A DNA stretch of 63,778 bases, the filler included, from Stramenopiles sp. TOSAG23-3 (taxonomy: Eukaryota): the NCBI GenBank assembly GCA_900128585.1. It is 7 parts of 7 records of this genome, joined end to end, with 100 filler letters (N's around TTAATTAATTAA, not from the genome) between each part and the next. Parts side by side here need not be neighbours in the genome. Positions count along the whole stretch, not along the records: positions 26,562 to 52,935 come from LT642275.1; 6 more parts are not named here. The stretch is one strand, 5' to 3'. A model generated the notes under the pieces. It was not told the DNA's origin and made no database searches. It saw only the letters and a list, made by a program, of their open reading frames with translations. The position numbers were made by a program, and so were the translations under genes. Below are positions 30,906 through 42,188 of the stretch, piece by piece (within the stretch, counting starts at the first letter, position 1; the number at the start of each line of letters is the position of its first letter).

Positions 30906-33900
30906 TCAAAGGTTTGTGCCCCCCTCTGGTTCCCATTCGTCGTCTTCGTCGGAGTCCACAGCCGCTTCCCAAGCCCTAGCAGCTTCTTCCTCCTCCTCTG
31001 CCAATCGGGCTTCCCCAGCGGCCATTTCATCCGCTTCTTCTGCCAAACGTTGGGCACCTGTAATTCGTGTTTCTTGCCCAGTTTTCTTGCGCCACCATGC
31101 ACGAAAATCGCGTTTGTAGCGCTCCCAAGCATGGGTCCTCCAATACTCTTCCTCTTCTTCCATAGCCTCCGCAGCGCGCATGGACGCGATAAATTCGGCC
31201 ATTTCGATGCGTTTTTCTTCCGCAATTTGACGGCCTTGGACACCTCGCCAGACACGTTGAATAGCAACCGAGGCCGCGTGTTGCAAGGCACGCATTGCAT
31301 CGATTTCTGCTTTCTTCACCGCCCATTTCATTGCCGCTAGCCGCCCCAAATGACCACGGTACAACGATTGAAGTTTGATTGCACCGGCCTTTTCCAAATT
31401 TCTCCGGCGGACCATGACCAGCATATTTTCCCTCTGTTGCGCCCTCTCTTTGTCCACGCGTTTTTTCCGCCGTTCTCTCCCAAGCTGCGCCTTTTTGTCC
31501 GCCTCCTCGGTCCTCTTGAGGCGAAGCTGCAACTGATTCTGCTCTTTCTCCATTTTTCCTCGTTCTTCCGTGACTTCTCGGGGAGGAGCTTTCCCTTCCA
31601 GAGCCATGGCGGCTTTTCGCCCAGACCACGTTTCGTACTGGCGGCGCACTAGCGTCATTGCGCGAAAGTACTGGAGTGTCAAACTAAAAATTCCAAACTT
31701 CAAGTTAGTCTCCGTTTGCTTCAGCAGATGGTCTTGGTCGCTGCCCGCACGAATAGCTTTCTGACGCTCTATTTTGCCGTTAGCCTCTTTTGCAATCAAG
31801 GCCAACTTGTCTTCAGGCTTTCCCCGGCTTTCTGCTTCGTCGCCTCGGTCTTTGAATCCCCCTTGCGCGAGCAAATGCGCCTCGTGCACGCGGATCGGGC
31901 CGTCCTTTTTCAATGAAGGAACGTACCCCATGGCTGGCAGCTTTGATTCACGTTCCCCGAAGTACCACCCTTCCAGCATCCACTGCAGGATGTCATCGAC
32001 AATGTCATGGGAAAGTTGAAGCGCAATAATTTTGTTTCGTTCCCGTTCCAAGGCGGTTATTACGTTCTTTGTCCATTGCATCTGTTTGAAACCGTGAAGA
32101 ACCTCCGTCTCCACATAGTCTTCCCGGACAGAGTACGCGTAATGGAGCTCCTGATCAATGTCGTGCAGCTTAATTAGCTGAAACGAATACTCTAACTCCG
32201 CTTGAAGCTCGTGGTCCGCATCTTCCCGGGTCATTTGGGGAATACCGCCGTTTTTGACGGACCGTACTACCGTGCTTTCGATCATCTTCACGGACTTGTC
32301 AATGTTCCGCATCCTGGCACGCTCTAAATCCAGTTCCCCGCGCCGCTTTTTGATGGCTAAATAAGGCACCGGCTCGACCCAGGCACATTCCTTTTTGCGG
32401 CATGCAATGCACCCGTTTGGCCCAAGGGCTGACAGCTCCTTCGCCAGATCCGCCTTTTTCTGGGCCGCTTCCTGCTCTTTCTTGCTCATCCCCGCCATGC
32501 TTGCCTTGTACCCCTTTCCAGCAACTTTAATGCCTTTCTTTTTGCGCTCTGCCCTCATTTCTGCAGCAGCTTTTCTACGCCTCTTAAGTATTCGAGCTTG
32601 TTCATTGTCTTCATCGTCCGAAGAGTCACTTGCGTCCTCGCCATAGTCTTTGCTCGCGTCAATGAGCTTGGTTGCCCGTTCTCTTTCTACCACTTGCAAA
32701 ACTAACAAACGGTCCAGTTCTCTCTCAAGATCTGCTCGCAGAACATCAATCGGAAATTTTTGAGGCACAGAGTGCATTACATCAGATTTCATGTAATGCG
32801 TGGAGCACATGTACGCTAAATCCAACTCTTCTTGTACCGTGCGACACCTGCGATCGATGTCCAAGTCGACTTTTGCCGCTTTCGCATCGAAGTTGATCAT
32901 TGGGCCATCTTTGCCCCTTCGGTCATACGCAGACTGTCCCAAGCGAACGGGGGGCGGCTTAAATTTATCAAGCAAGTAAACGACTCTTTGTCTCCGCGGA
33001 TCTAGCGTGTCGACATACGAGGGATCTTCCTTCGCTTTTCGCAGCAGCAAGCGTATGTCGTATTCGGTCAGCACCAAATCCGCGGGTCGTTCATACTTGT
33101 ACCAATGCTCATCGCCTTCTCTCAGCCCGTGAGTTTCCTGTTCATGTTTAATTTCGGCCCTCAACACCTGCTCTGGGGTCGGACCAAGAATTACGATATG
33201 CTCCTCTCCAGTGTCAGACCGTCCCAAGTGGACTTTACCACCTGTCGCCGTTTTGACACTTTCTTCTTCCTTTTTTCGTTTAGCAGCTTCAATCTTATCG
33301 TCGCCAACAATGACTTTATGCACTTCCCCGTCAATATCATGCTTGAGCCCGGGATTCATAAGATGGCCTTGGTCGCCAAAACCGACTTTTCCGTCTACCC
33401 CAGCCCACTTGTCGACTTTGACGTGTTCAGGGTACCAAGTTGGGTGAAGAACTTTATCGTACACCAAGAATTCCTTGTCCTCGTGAGTCAGTTTCTTTGC
33501 ATATTTTCCGCCCTTGTGCAGCAGGTCACGCTTTTCTTGGCCAAGATCAGGACCCGTATTTGTGATGCTTCTATCATGAAACTTGTTAATCAATTTTCGA
33601 ATCTTCTCCTCTTTCACCGTCAAGTCCTCTTTGTTTGCTTTCATGATTCGTATTATATCATCTCGAGACACGTCTGCAACAAACCGCTTTTTGGGATCAA
33701 GTTTCTTCGGTTTCTTTTTCTCCTTCTTCTTCTCGTACTCACTATCGTCCGAGTCTACATCACTGTCTTCTTCCTCACTTTCTTCCTCCTCTATCTCTTC
33801 TTCCCCAGAGCTATACTCTTCCCAATCGAAAGGATTGTAGACGCGGTCATACGCTACCCAGCGACTTTCTTCTTCAAGCAATACTCCAAATCCAGCATGC

Positions 33901-36900
33901 GGTAAATGCTGGGCTCTTCTCCTCAGTTTTTGGGCTGGGGTCAGCATGTGACCCAGGGCGGCGACTTCAAGTTTTCCCTTTTGACCCATTTTGTGATGCA
34001 AGTGATCGTCGGGAACGAAGCGGGCATTGATTTCTTGCGCGTACTTAGCAGCAATCTTAATGCTAACTGCAGTTGCCGTGGCTTTCGGCAAATACCGCCT
34101 TTGAAAGATTAAGAATTCGTCTATTACTTGCATTTCGTCTTCACGACCACGCTTTAGTTCAGCCATGCGCACCAAGCCATCCATAATATCGCGCAATTCC
34201 TGTTTTCGAGTCATCGCACGCTTGACTGCGCCACTAAACTCAAGCTCTTTACGCCCAACCGCCATATCAATTTCTTTCACTTCTTCGTCAGTTAGCCCAT
34301 CTTTGTTTTCATCAAACTCTAAGCTTTTGTTCAACACAGCGATCTGGCCTTGGATCTTTTCGCACTCTTCTTCCGCATCAGCAATTAGGCCTTCGACAAG
34401 CTTGTATTTTCTTTCACTTAGTCGGATACTCATCAGCAAATCATACAGTTCTTGCTGTGTATGCGGTCGGCGTGTACTTTTTTTTTTTGCCTCGAGCAAT
34501 CTAGCTTCGCAAGCTTCTGTAGAAGTGTATGCAGTGCGGACTGAGCAGGTTATCGAATACTCAGTTTTGCTTGCAGCTCCGATGACGACGCGATACCGAC
34601 CGGATGTTACTGGCAAACACTTAGGGGAAGGCGCATGCACGATAGTTATCTGCCCCAGCGTTTCTGGTGTGTTGAGCTTGCACTGAGCGGCCGGCGAATA
34701 CCCCACCGACACAGGAGGGGAGCCATCTTCTGGGACCCTGTAAAGTGCAGCGGAAATTCTTCCAAGAATATAGCCGCGCATGGTAAACACGCCTTTGAAC
34801 ACAATTATGCTTCTCAGTTCAATCGATTTAACATTTTCGGGCACAACAAATTCATGCCAGCAGCTTTGTCGCATAGCTAGACTTTTTTCACTCTCGTCCA
34901 AAATTGTGACCACAGGCTTTTCATCTGGGCGCTTTCTCATCAACACTGGCCCTCGACGGACGGCCTCCGGAATCTCACTCACATTATTAACGACCTGCAT
35001 GGGCATCAAGGCCAGCGCTTCTCGTTGTTTTCTTTCTGCTTCCTCAAACGCTTTTAGCTCCGCTTCTTTTCGGGCAAGCTCCTTTGCTTTTCGTTTCTCC
35101 GCCAACTCCTTCTCACGGGCTCTCTTCTTCTTCAACGCTTCTTCCCTTTTCTTATTTTTTTCTTCAGCCTCAGCAATGAGGCGCTGGCGTTCAATCTTCT
35201 GTTGCATTGCTTTCAAACGTATCGTCCTAGCGCGTTCTGCACGACGGGCTTTTTGGGCTGAAATGTATTTCATGGTGTCGGCTCTTTCATCACTTGATGG
35301 GGTGCGCCAACATCGAAACGACAGTGTACCTTGCGCAGTGCCAGCCTTTTTATTTTTTGATGCCAGCTTTATGGTCCGTATGCCTTCGCTATCTTTCTCA
35401 AACTTTTCAGTGTTAACAGGCCTCAAATTGCCCTGTCTGTCGAATGGAAGTTCGTTTATATTAAGTTTAATCTCTCCCATGAAATCGTTTCCACTCCCTA
35501 CATCATAGTCATAGACTTCAATGAGGACTTCACTCTTATCAACAGTTTCCATTTGGGGTTCTCGAAAAAAGTCAAAATGCTCCTTCTCTCCAGTTTTTTC
35601 ATCCGTCCATTTAGGCCGCAAAGTCTTCTTTTTAGTAGCAGTTTTATAAGTTTGACGATCTCTTTTGGGGCCCTTGGCCCCTACAGTGACCTTAACGTAC
35701 GGGTCTGACGAGCCACCCCCAAGAGAAAAGTCCATCGCTTTTAAGTTGTTTGCAGAGATAATGTCAACATGGATTCCCCCACGATGATTTGCAGGAACAG
35801 GATCCCCAAATTGAAACCGTGGATCTTCATAGGTAGTGTCAGTTCGAATCATTTGAAACCACGTGTGCACAGGAGCTAGTTCTGGACGCAGTTGGTTATT
35901 TTGACTCTCCTTTTCTTCCGCCTCTGCTTTCTTTCTTGCAGCGGCCTCTTTTTCTGCCTTTTCTTTCTTTTTTCTCTCCTTTTCGTCTTTCTTTTTCTGA
36001 CGAGATTCTCTGCGCGCGTCTCTCTCCGCCTTTCGTTTCATTCGAGCGGCTGTTTTGGCGTCGATGGGAGCCTTTTCTTCTAATGATGTCACCGTCAACT
36101 TCTTTATTTCTGCAACTTCCAGAGCAGCAGAATCGATGTCCAGCACTTTATCCATAGCATTTTGGACAGCAATTTCAAAATCACCTTCTTCTGTAAGTTT
36201 TTCGAACCCATCAAGCCTGCTGCTCAGTTCCTTGTCGTTCTCTTGCTCGCTGGTAACTTCGAGTTCCAAAATCACACTCCCTGCTTCCATATTTTTGATC
36301 GAGATAGAAGACACGTCCACACCCATAGCCTTCGCAACTTCCCGGAGAATAACGTCTCGCGCAGAAGTTGATTTTTGGAATTCGATCAGGTCTAACCCCG
36401 CCAACTTTAGTTTCATAGTGCCTTTCGATTTTAACTTTGGTTTGTTCGTCTTTGCACTACCTTCTTTGTTATTGTCACCCGGTTCGTCCGTTTCTGGTAC
36501 GTTCTTTAGCGCCTTCAACCGTTTTTCTTCTTTGGCTTTTTTCCTCGCAGCTTTACGGTCAGTAAGTTCCGGTGCATCATACTCATCCCACCCATAACGC
36601 AACAACAAGTTGCGAACATGAAAGAGCTGGCTCTCCGTGCCACGCATTGTTTTGTACTTCTTAAGCTGAAATGGCAACCTTACTTCCTTTCCCACCTCTT
36701 CATCGGACGCACTGCGTAAAAAAACCAAATGTTCGACCTCAAGCGATTTTATGGGAGCAATTTTCTTCTGAAATTTCCCTTTCCCAATATACTCGGCCTT
36801 CTTTGCGTTCGCTTTCTTGTCTACGTTGGGAGGCTCAAACCCTAGAGTTTTGATTCCAAAGAAAAGATGAGGATGCAATACAAAGTCCCACCGTAACCAT

Positions 36901-39900
36901 TCTGCTTCTTCTTCGGTCAGCGTATCTTTTGGCTTTGCACGAAGCGATGCTCGCTCATTTCGCAATTTAATTTGATGAAGCCGATCTTGCATCTCTTTCA
37001 TCTCTTTCATCTCTTCTTCTTGAACAGCAACATCTGCATCACGGGATTTCAGGCGCTCTTCCCCCCTCTCAAACAATATCTTCTGAAGGCATTGGTGCGC
37101 ATTAAGTTCCGCTTCATTTTTCAGAAACGACATCGCCAAGTTCAGGGGTTCTGGTAGCACAACAATACGTTGCAGGTCTTCTTTGGACAAACTTGTGTGG
37201 TAGCCTGGATCAAACTTGTACGTCTCTTCATCGACTTCGTTTACATTCATATAATGCTCAGGGTGCAAAAGCATGTCGTAGGCAACAAATTCTTTCTCGT
37301 ACGGAAGGCGCACATCCGCAGGTTTAATTCTGATCTTATCTGCAAGACTTGTAGCCCCTAAGGCCATCGCTCGCTCTTCTTCCGCCTTTTTCAATTCATC
37401 ATCCTTTGCGGCAGAAGCAGCCTTGTCATTCTCCTGTTTTTGCCGTCTCATTAATTCTGCGACGGGAACGTGAGCATCTTCTCTGCACTCGATCATGTAC
37501 TTTAATTGCTCTTTCACAACATCGAGCGCTTTAATCAGATTGTCATCTTTTGCACCGTGGGTGCTCTGTTCGGCCTCCACTATTTTCAGTTGATTATTGG
37601 CTTCAGCGACAGCCTCTTCCAACAGCCCAATCTCTCGAATTAGAAACTTCTTTAAGTCTTCTACCTTAATTCTCTGACGAAAACTGTTCCATGTGTTGCT
37701 ATCAATAAACTTTGTCGGGCAGATTTCACATCGCTCTAATTCGCCCGTGCACTTTAAAAGCCTTTCTTCTCTCTCCATAATATCTTTCTTCAGCGTTGCG
37801 AATTTTCGGGCATTCTTAATCTCTTCTCTTCGAAGGGCTTTCTTTTCTTTCGATACCACAGCATTTAACCCCTCAAGTTTTTCGATCATTGCATTGAGCT
37901 CCTTCTCTTTAGTTCGCTGCACAATAGTCATTCGTTGGACCGAACCAGCAATTGCGTGCATTTCTTCTTTTGCTACGTTCAGCTGGCCTTTCCAATCTTG
38001 CTCTTCCTGTTCTAGTTCAAGGCGATGATCATTTAGCGCTTGGCGTTCCAGTTCTCGCTGTTCTTGCTGACGTTTAAATTCTTTTGCAGTGATACGGCGA
38101 CCATTTGGAAGCCTACGCCCCCTTTTGTTGGCATCATCAATCGCGCGAACGGTGTCACGAATTGCGCGTCTGCAGTCCCGTACTTTTTTGTCAATAGCTC
38201 TGCATTTGTCTTCAAACTGGTTGCGTTTGCGGACTGCAGCGTCGTGCCGAATCATCGTGTTTGATTTTCTCGACCTAATTTCATGCATGTCTGCTCTTAG
38301 GCGAGAGCAGCCCGCCACTAACTCTTCTAGCTGGGTAACACCTGCATCAAGGCCATAGCCATACGTGTCTCCTTCGAGGTGAAGCTCTTGACTTTTGTAC
38401 CGATTTTTAAGCTCTTCAAGGCGTCTATTTCTTTGCTCCCGTTTCTCAGCGCGCTTTTTAGACGTAGCAATCATTTTGTCCTGTTTTATCTCTTTTTCGC
38501 GGCCTTCACGCAGCTCGGTCAAGAACCCCTTTGCCTTTTCTCCCGCTTCCACTAAGTTCTTGTCCAATCGATACTTTTTTTCTTGAAACGCGGCTGCGTA
38601 ATCTTCATTCGTCATACAGCGCCGTTCGTCCAGCAACCTTTGTTCAGCTTCTTCTTCGGCATGCTCTTCCCTTAATTCTCGTATTTCGGCTTTTCGTTTC
38701 ATGTCGTCTTTCCTTTTTTCACGAGCAGCGATTTTTGCTTTGGCCTGTTCCTCAGCCTCTTCCGCCTCTTTCTTGAGCCGCGCTTCTTCTTTCATTTTTT
38801 GGATTTTGTCATGTTCCTCTTTTTTCTCAGCTGCGTACGACGCTTCAAGTCGTTTCACCAGGTCAATATTTTCCCCTTCGGTCGACAGCTGGCGTTTTTC
38901 CAACTGCAAGCTCACCCACTCAATCCCCCCCTTCTTTAAACCACGCCGAACTTTTTTGCTAAGCTCCATACCGCCGAATGGCTTCGGCTTCTTCACCTTC
39001 TTTTCAGCTTTGCCTCCTTTCTTTTTTCGCTCCAGGAGTTTTTCCTTCTTAATTCTGTCACGCTCTGCCTTTCTTGCCTTCCTCTCTGCCGCCTTTTGTG
39101 CAGCTTCTTCCTTGTTCTGTTTTTTGAGAGCTTCAGCATCTTCATCTTCCGATGATGTGGATATGATGCTGCTCACATCAGAATCAGATTCTTGCAATCC
39201 TGCTTCACGGGCTTCTTCCTCTGCATCTCTGCGCCGCCGTTCGTCTTCCTCAACCGTAGACTCTTTCCCTTTCTCAATACTGTTAGTGAGCCTTTCCATG
39301 ATCATGTGCATTGCTTGATCTCGCTCTTGATATACTACATGGCCAGATCGCAGGTACGACACGTGCATAGCCATTCTATCCTTTCGTGTAGCCAGGCACT
39401 TCTCAATGGATTCGGCGGCTCTATCCGCGCCGCCAACGGCCTCAAGAAACGTTTCCGCATGCGTTGGTAGAACAAACACGTTCTCAGACGATTGAATGAG
39501 CAAAACGGGCAGGGTCATTCGCTCTAAATATGGCCGCAAGTCGACGTGGTCGAGCGCTCCTCGCAACAGGCTCAATATGGCGGTGTCGATATCATGCCCT
39601 TCTTGGGCCATAGAAACCGGGACGTGGCGCGTGCTGTAAAACCGCTCTAGCGCGGTGCTGCGGGAAACATCATTCAGATACCGCTGCGAAAAAAACATTT
39701 GGCATAGATTTTGCATGCGCTCTGCGTGCGCGGCTCGAGAACACAAGCGAATGAATCGCTTCAAACTTCTGTTCAGGTTTTTATCCAAATAGGCAAAGGC
39801 ATTCACAAACATTGCTGCTCTCAGCGTGGAGGCCAGTGGCGTTTGCGGATCCTGCCGCATGTGAAATATGACGTAGTACGCAACAACATTCGCGCCGTTT

Positions 39901-42188
39901 CCATTACCAACAAGAAGCATAGGCCGACGAACAGCGTCTTCCATGACTTCATCCTCCCCCATGCCCACACCAGGCCTAGGCTTCCAGTGCCACATTCTTT
40001 GAGTGCGCAGATTGCGCATGAACAGAAAAAAACAATTTGCCAGGTACTTGTTGTTCAGTTTGTCCGACCGGCGATAACGCGTTCCGGGCTGGCCGGGAAA
40101 TTGGATCATAAGAATCCGCAGATGAGGATACCGGACGAACAAAAACTTGACTCGGTCGAACATGGATTCCATAGTTTCCATAAAATCAGGCACGAGAATT
40201 AACGAGAGGTGATCTTGCCCGGGAATTACGGCAATGTTGCGCAGCAGTCCTGCAGCAGCAGCAGCGACCGCTTCGCTGTACTTTCCTTTCGCAATGCCAT
40301 CGAACCCACTAACGCTGGGAAGCGTAATTATTTTGTACAGCATTGTCGTTTCTTCATCGATTTCAAACACTTCCACGTCCTCTGGCAGGTCATCGTCCTG
40401 CTGCTGTGGAATTTCTAATTGGCCAATTCCTAAAGACCCTGCTTCAGAAGCAGAGTCCTCCGGCTCCTTTACTTCTTCTTTCTCTTCTATCGCTTCTATC
40501 GCTTTGCTTTCGCCATCTTTCTCTTCGGCTATTTCACCGCCCTCCGCGTCCAGCACGGCATCATCACCCGCTTCGACAGGCCCCATGGGATCAAGCATGT
40601 TTCCAAAAACGCTTCTCCGTTTCCCGCTTGCAATGTCCCGTTCCGCTTGTTGAAGCGTCTCGAGAACCTCTCTCGTCGAGTCACGCGCCCAAGAAGGCAA
40701 CAACTCCCCATCCTTCTGGCCACCTCGGTGCCTCGGGACTTTCTTCGCTCTCTGCAGGGACCCTGTGCTGACATTGTTGCTTATTGGGATTGCTGACCCC
40801 TGCTCAAGGTTTGCCCTGAAATCCGTCTCTGCAGACTCTGCTCTAGCCAAAGAGCGAATACCGCCCAGCGACGACGAAGTCTTCAATGGACTGGCAATGC
40901 CGTTGGCAAGGTCGTTCGACAGCGACCTCATGTCAAGCTCCTCTTTGCGGGTTGTGGCGTGCCTCGAAACGGGGCTGCTTTGCATGAGAATGTCGGCGTC
41001 TGCCGTGCCGGCACGGTCGGGGTACGCTAAGGCAAAGGCCTCGAAAACGAAGGCACTGAATTCTTCTATCCCAATTCTTCCACTCTTGTTAAGCGCCATG
41101 CGGGACAAAAACATCTCCGCCGCGGCAGGAGGCAGGGCAAGCCCCAACTTTCTCATTCCTTGCACAAACTCAGTGGTAGACACTTCGCCCTTTTTCTTCG
41201 CGTCAAAGTGCTCGAAGGACGTCTGCACACTTACCCCGCGATTGGCAGCCTGGCGAAGCAGAGTTCGAAGCTCGCTTTCCGCCGTCGCAGCAAGCTCCGC
41301 AGACAGTGCCACTTGGGCTACTGGATCTGGCGCCGGGGCAGCCATGTCCTGGGTGATAACGTCTTCGCAATGCGACAGCCACAACTTGCCGGAAGGGTCG
41401 ACGATGTAGGACGATTTCATACGAACGACGCGGATGCGGGGGATACTGACGGAGGGCTCCCCCCTAACGTTCCTTTTCTGCTCGGTCGCTTCTGCAGCGC
41501 GCTGGTAGGCACCCTCGCAGTACTGGGCCAAGCTTTTTGTAAGTGTATCTAGCGCGGGATTTGAAGATGCGATGGAGGAGTCCTGCATGAGCGTCCCCGC
41601 TGTGTACTTTCCCTCGCTGGTCGACGAGGCATGTACGTACCCCTGCAGCGCAATGAGTTGCGAGGTCCAATTTCGATGCCCCATGAGCCGGCTCCACGTT
41701 TCTACGTCCAGCAGCTCTTTCCCTCCATCTCGGTACCACGCAATCACAACCGGCCGCGGTTTGTCGGGAGAGCCGACGCCCATGCGCCTCATTTTTTCAC
41801 TAAATCGCAGAAGCCCGTCCCACGTCGCTCGGAGACGAAGTTCCCTAACTACGGCTTTCCCACCCCCCGTTCTTTTCGGTGGCGACGGGAAAAGACGCCG
41901 CACTGCACGGCCATTGTCGTCCGTTTCTATCCATCGTTTTGGTTCCCCGGCATGAAAAAGCACCGTCGAGGGCACATTAACCTGACACGCCGCCTTGGAA
42001 CCATCACTCGCCATCCAAAGGCTGTGGTAAATCCAGTCGAAACCTCTCCGCGCCGGAGCCGCCAGGGGCTCCTGCTTCCACGACGCATTTTGTTTCGTCG
42101 TGGGCATACTACCGGGAGCAGGGGGAAGAGTTCCAATCTGCGACCCCCCCCCGGTCAGGTAAGAGGCGTCATATCTAGACATGGGCAA
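30906..42188 (-). CDS. Giant 3760-aa protein: EF-hands, alpha/beta-hydrolase-like fold, SAP-like motif, coiled coils, C2 domain, IQ motifs
   Basis: FDAKKKGEVSTTEF (EF-hand); LLVGNGNGA...PVLLIQS..N..V...SGH (hydrolase fold); IISANNLKAMD..SSDPYVKV...VYDYDVGSGNDFMG (C2); LQSLYRGHLGR and IQRVWRGVQGR (IQ). The 11.3-kb ORF is uninterrupted. Confidence 0.85.
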   Translation of the reverse strand: MPMSRYDASYLTGGGSQIGTLPPAPGSMPTTKQNASWKQEPLAAPARRGFDWIYHSLWMASDGSKAACQVNVPSTVLFHAGEPKRWIETDDNGRAVRRLFPSPPKRTGGGKAVVRELRLRATWDGLLRFSEKMRRMGVGSPDKPRPVVIAWYRDGGKELLDVETWSRLMGHRNWTSQLIALQGYVHASSTSEGKYTAGTLMQDSSIASSNPALDTLTKSLAQYCEGAYQRAAEATEQKRNVRGEPSVSIPRIRVVRMKSSYIVDPSGKLWLSHCEDVITQDMAAPAPDPVAQVALSAELAATAESELRTLLRQAANRGVSVQTSFEHFDAKKKGEVSTTEFVQGMRKLGLALPPAAAEMFLSRMALNKSGRIGIEEFSAFVFEAFALAYPDRAGTADADILMQSSPVSRHATTRKEELDMRSLSNDLANGIASPLKTSSSLGGIRSLARAESAETDFRANLEQGSAIPISNNVSTGSLQRAKKVPRHRGGQKDGELLPSWARDSTREVLETLQQAERDIASGKRRSVFGNMLDPMGPVEAGDDAVLDAEGGEIAEEKDGESKAIEAIEEKEEVKEPEDSASEAGSLGIGQLEIPQQQDDDLPEDVEVFEIDEETTMLYKIITLPSVSGFDGIAKGKYSEAVAAAAAGLLRNIAVIPGQDHLSLILVPDFMETMESMFDRVKFLFVRYPHLRILMIQFPGQPGTRYRRSDKLNNKYLANCFFLFMRNLRTQRMWHWKPRPGVGMGEDEVMEDAVRRPMLLVGNGNGANVVAYYVIFHMRQDPQTPLASTLRAAMFVNAFAYLDKNLNRSLKRFIRLCSRAAHAERMQNLCQMFFSQRYLNDVSRSTALERFYSTRHVPVSMAQEGHDIDTAILSLLRGALDHVDLRPYLERMTLPVLLIQSSENVFVLPTHAETFLEAVGGADRAAESIEKCLATRKDRMAMHVSYLRSGHVVYQERDQAMHMIMERLTNSIEKGKESTVEEDERRRRDAEEEAREAGLQESDSDVSSIISTSSEDEDAEALKKQNKEEAAQKAAERKARKAERDRIKKEKLLERKKKGGKAEKKVKKPKPFGGMELSKKVRRGLKKGGIEWVSLQLEKRQLSTEGENIDLVKRLEASYAAEKKEEHDKIQKMKEEARLKKEAEEAEEQAKAKIAAREKRKDDMKRKAEIRELREEHAEEEAEQRLLDERRCMTNEDYAAAFQEKKYRLDKNLVEAGEKAKGFLTELREGREKEIKQDKMIATSKKRAEKREQRNRRLEELKNRYKSQELHLEGDTYGYGLDAGVTQLEELVAGCSRLRADMHEIRSRKSNTMIRHDAAVRKRNQFEDKCRAIDKKVRDCRRAIRDTVRAIDDANKRGRRLPNGRRITAKEFKRQQEQRELERQALNDHRLELEQEEQDWKGQLNVAKEEMHAIAGSVQRMTIVQRTKEKELNAMIEKLEGLNAVVSKEKKALRREEIKNARKFATLKKDIMEREERLLKCTGELERCEICPTKFIDSNTWNSFRQRIKVEDLKKFLIREIGLLEEAVAEANNQLKIVEAEQSTHGAKDDNLIKALDVVKEQLKYMIECREDAHVPVAELMRRQKQENDKAASAAKDDELKKAEEERAMALGATSLADKIRIKPADVRLPYEKEFVAYDMLLHPEHYMNVNEVDEETYKFDPGYHTSLSKEDLQRIVVLPEPLNLAMSFLKNEAELNAHQCLQKILFERGEERLKSRDADVAVQEEEMKEMKEMQDRLHQIKLRNERASLRAKPKDTLTEEEAEWLRWDFVLHPHLFFGIKTLGFEPPNVDKKANAKKAEYIGKGKFQKKIAPIKSLEVEHLVFLRSASDEEVGKEVRLPFQLKKYKTMRGTESQLFHVRNLLLRYGWDEYDAPELTDRKAARKKAKEEKRLKALKNVPETDEPGDNNKEGSAKTNKPKLKSKGTMKLKLAGLDLIEFQKSTSARDVILREVAKAMGVDVSSISIKNMEAGSVILELEVTSEQENDKELSSRLDGFEKLTEEGDFEIAVQNAMDKVLDIDSAALEVAEIKKLTVTSLEEKAPIDAKTAARMKRKAERDARRESRQKKKDEKERKKKEKAEKEAAARKKAEAEEKESQNNQLRPELAPVHTWFQMIRTDTTYEDPRFQFGDPVPANHRGGIHVDIISANNLKAMDFSLGGGSSDPYVKVTVGAKGPKRDRQTYKTATKKKTLRPKWTDEKTGEKEHFDFFREPQMETVDKSEVLIEVYDYDVGSGNDFMGEIKLNINELPFDRQGNLRPVNTEKFEKDSEGIRTIKLASKNKKAGTAQGTLSFRCWRTPSSDERADTMKYISAQKARRAERARTIRLKAMQQKIERQRLIAEAEEKNKKREEALKKKRAREKELAEKRKAKELARKEAELKAFEEAERKQREALALMPMQVVNNVSEIPEAVRRGPVLMRKRPDEKPVVTILDESEKSLAMRQSCWHEFVVPENVKSIELRSIIVFKGVFTMRGYILGRISAALYRVPEDGSPPVSVGYSPAAQCKLNTPETLGQITIVHAPSPKCLPVTSGRYRVVIGAASKTEYSITCSVRTAYTSTEACEARLLEAKKKSTRRPHTQQELYDLLMSIRLSERKYKLVEGLIADAEEECEKIQGQIAVLNKSLEFDENKDGLTDEEVKEIDMAVGRKELEFSGAVKRAMTRKQELRDIMDGLVRMAELKRGREDEMQVIDEFLIFQRRYLPKATATAVSIKIAAKYAQEINARFVPDDHLHHKMGQKGKLEVAALGHMLTPAQKLRRRAQHLPHAGFGVLLEEESRWVAYDRVYNPFDWEEYSSGEEEIEEEESEEEDSDVDSDDSEYEKKKEKKKPKKLDPKKRFVADVSRDDIIRIMKANKEDLTVKEEKIRKLINKFHDRSITNTGPDLGQEKRDLLHKGGKYAKKLTHEDKEFLVYDKVLHPTWYPEHVKVDKWAGVDGKVGFGDQGHLMNPGLKHDIDGEVHKVIVGDDKIEAAKRKKEEESVKTATGGKVHLGRSDTGEEHIVILGPTPEQVLRAEIKHEQETHGLREGDEHWYKYERPADLVLTEYDIRLLLRKAKEDPSYVDTLDPRRQRVVYLLDKFKPPPVRLGQSAYDRRGKDGPMINFDAKAAKVDLDIDRRCRTVQEELDLAYMCSTHYMKSDVMHSVPQKFPIDVLRADLERELDRLLVLQVVERERATKLIDASKDYGEDASDSSDDEDNEQARILKRRRKAAAEMRAERKKKGIKVAGKGYKASMAGMSKKEQEAAQKKADLAKELSALGPNGCIACRKKECAWVEPVPYLAIKKRRGELDLERARMRNIDKSVKMIESTVVRSVKNGGIPQMTREDADHELQAELEYSFQLIKLHDIDQELHYAYSVREDYVETEVLHGFKQMQWTKNVITALERERNKIIALQLSHDIVDDILQWMLEGWYFGERESKLPAMGYVPSLKKDGPIRVHEAHLLAQGGFKDRGDEAESRGKPEDKLALIAKEANGKIERQKAIRAGSDQDHLLKQTETNLKFGIFSLTLQYFRAMTLVRRQYETWSGRKAAMALEGKAPPREVTEERGKMEKEQNQLQLRLKRTEEADKKAQLGRERRKKRVDKERAQQRENMLVMVRRRNLEKAGAIKLQSLYRGHLGRLAAMKWAVKKAEIDAMRALQHAASVAIQRVWRGVQGRQIAEEKRIEMAEFIASMRAAEAMEEEEEYWRTHAWERYKRDFRAWWRKKTGQETRITGAQRLAEEADEMAAGEARLAEEEEEAARAWEAAVDSDEDDEWEPEGGTNL

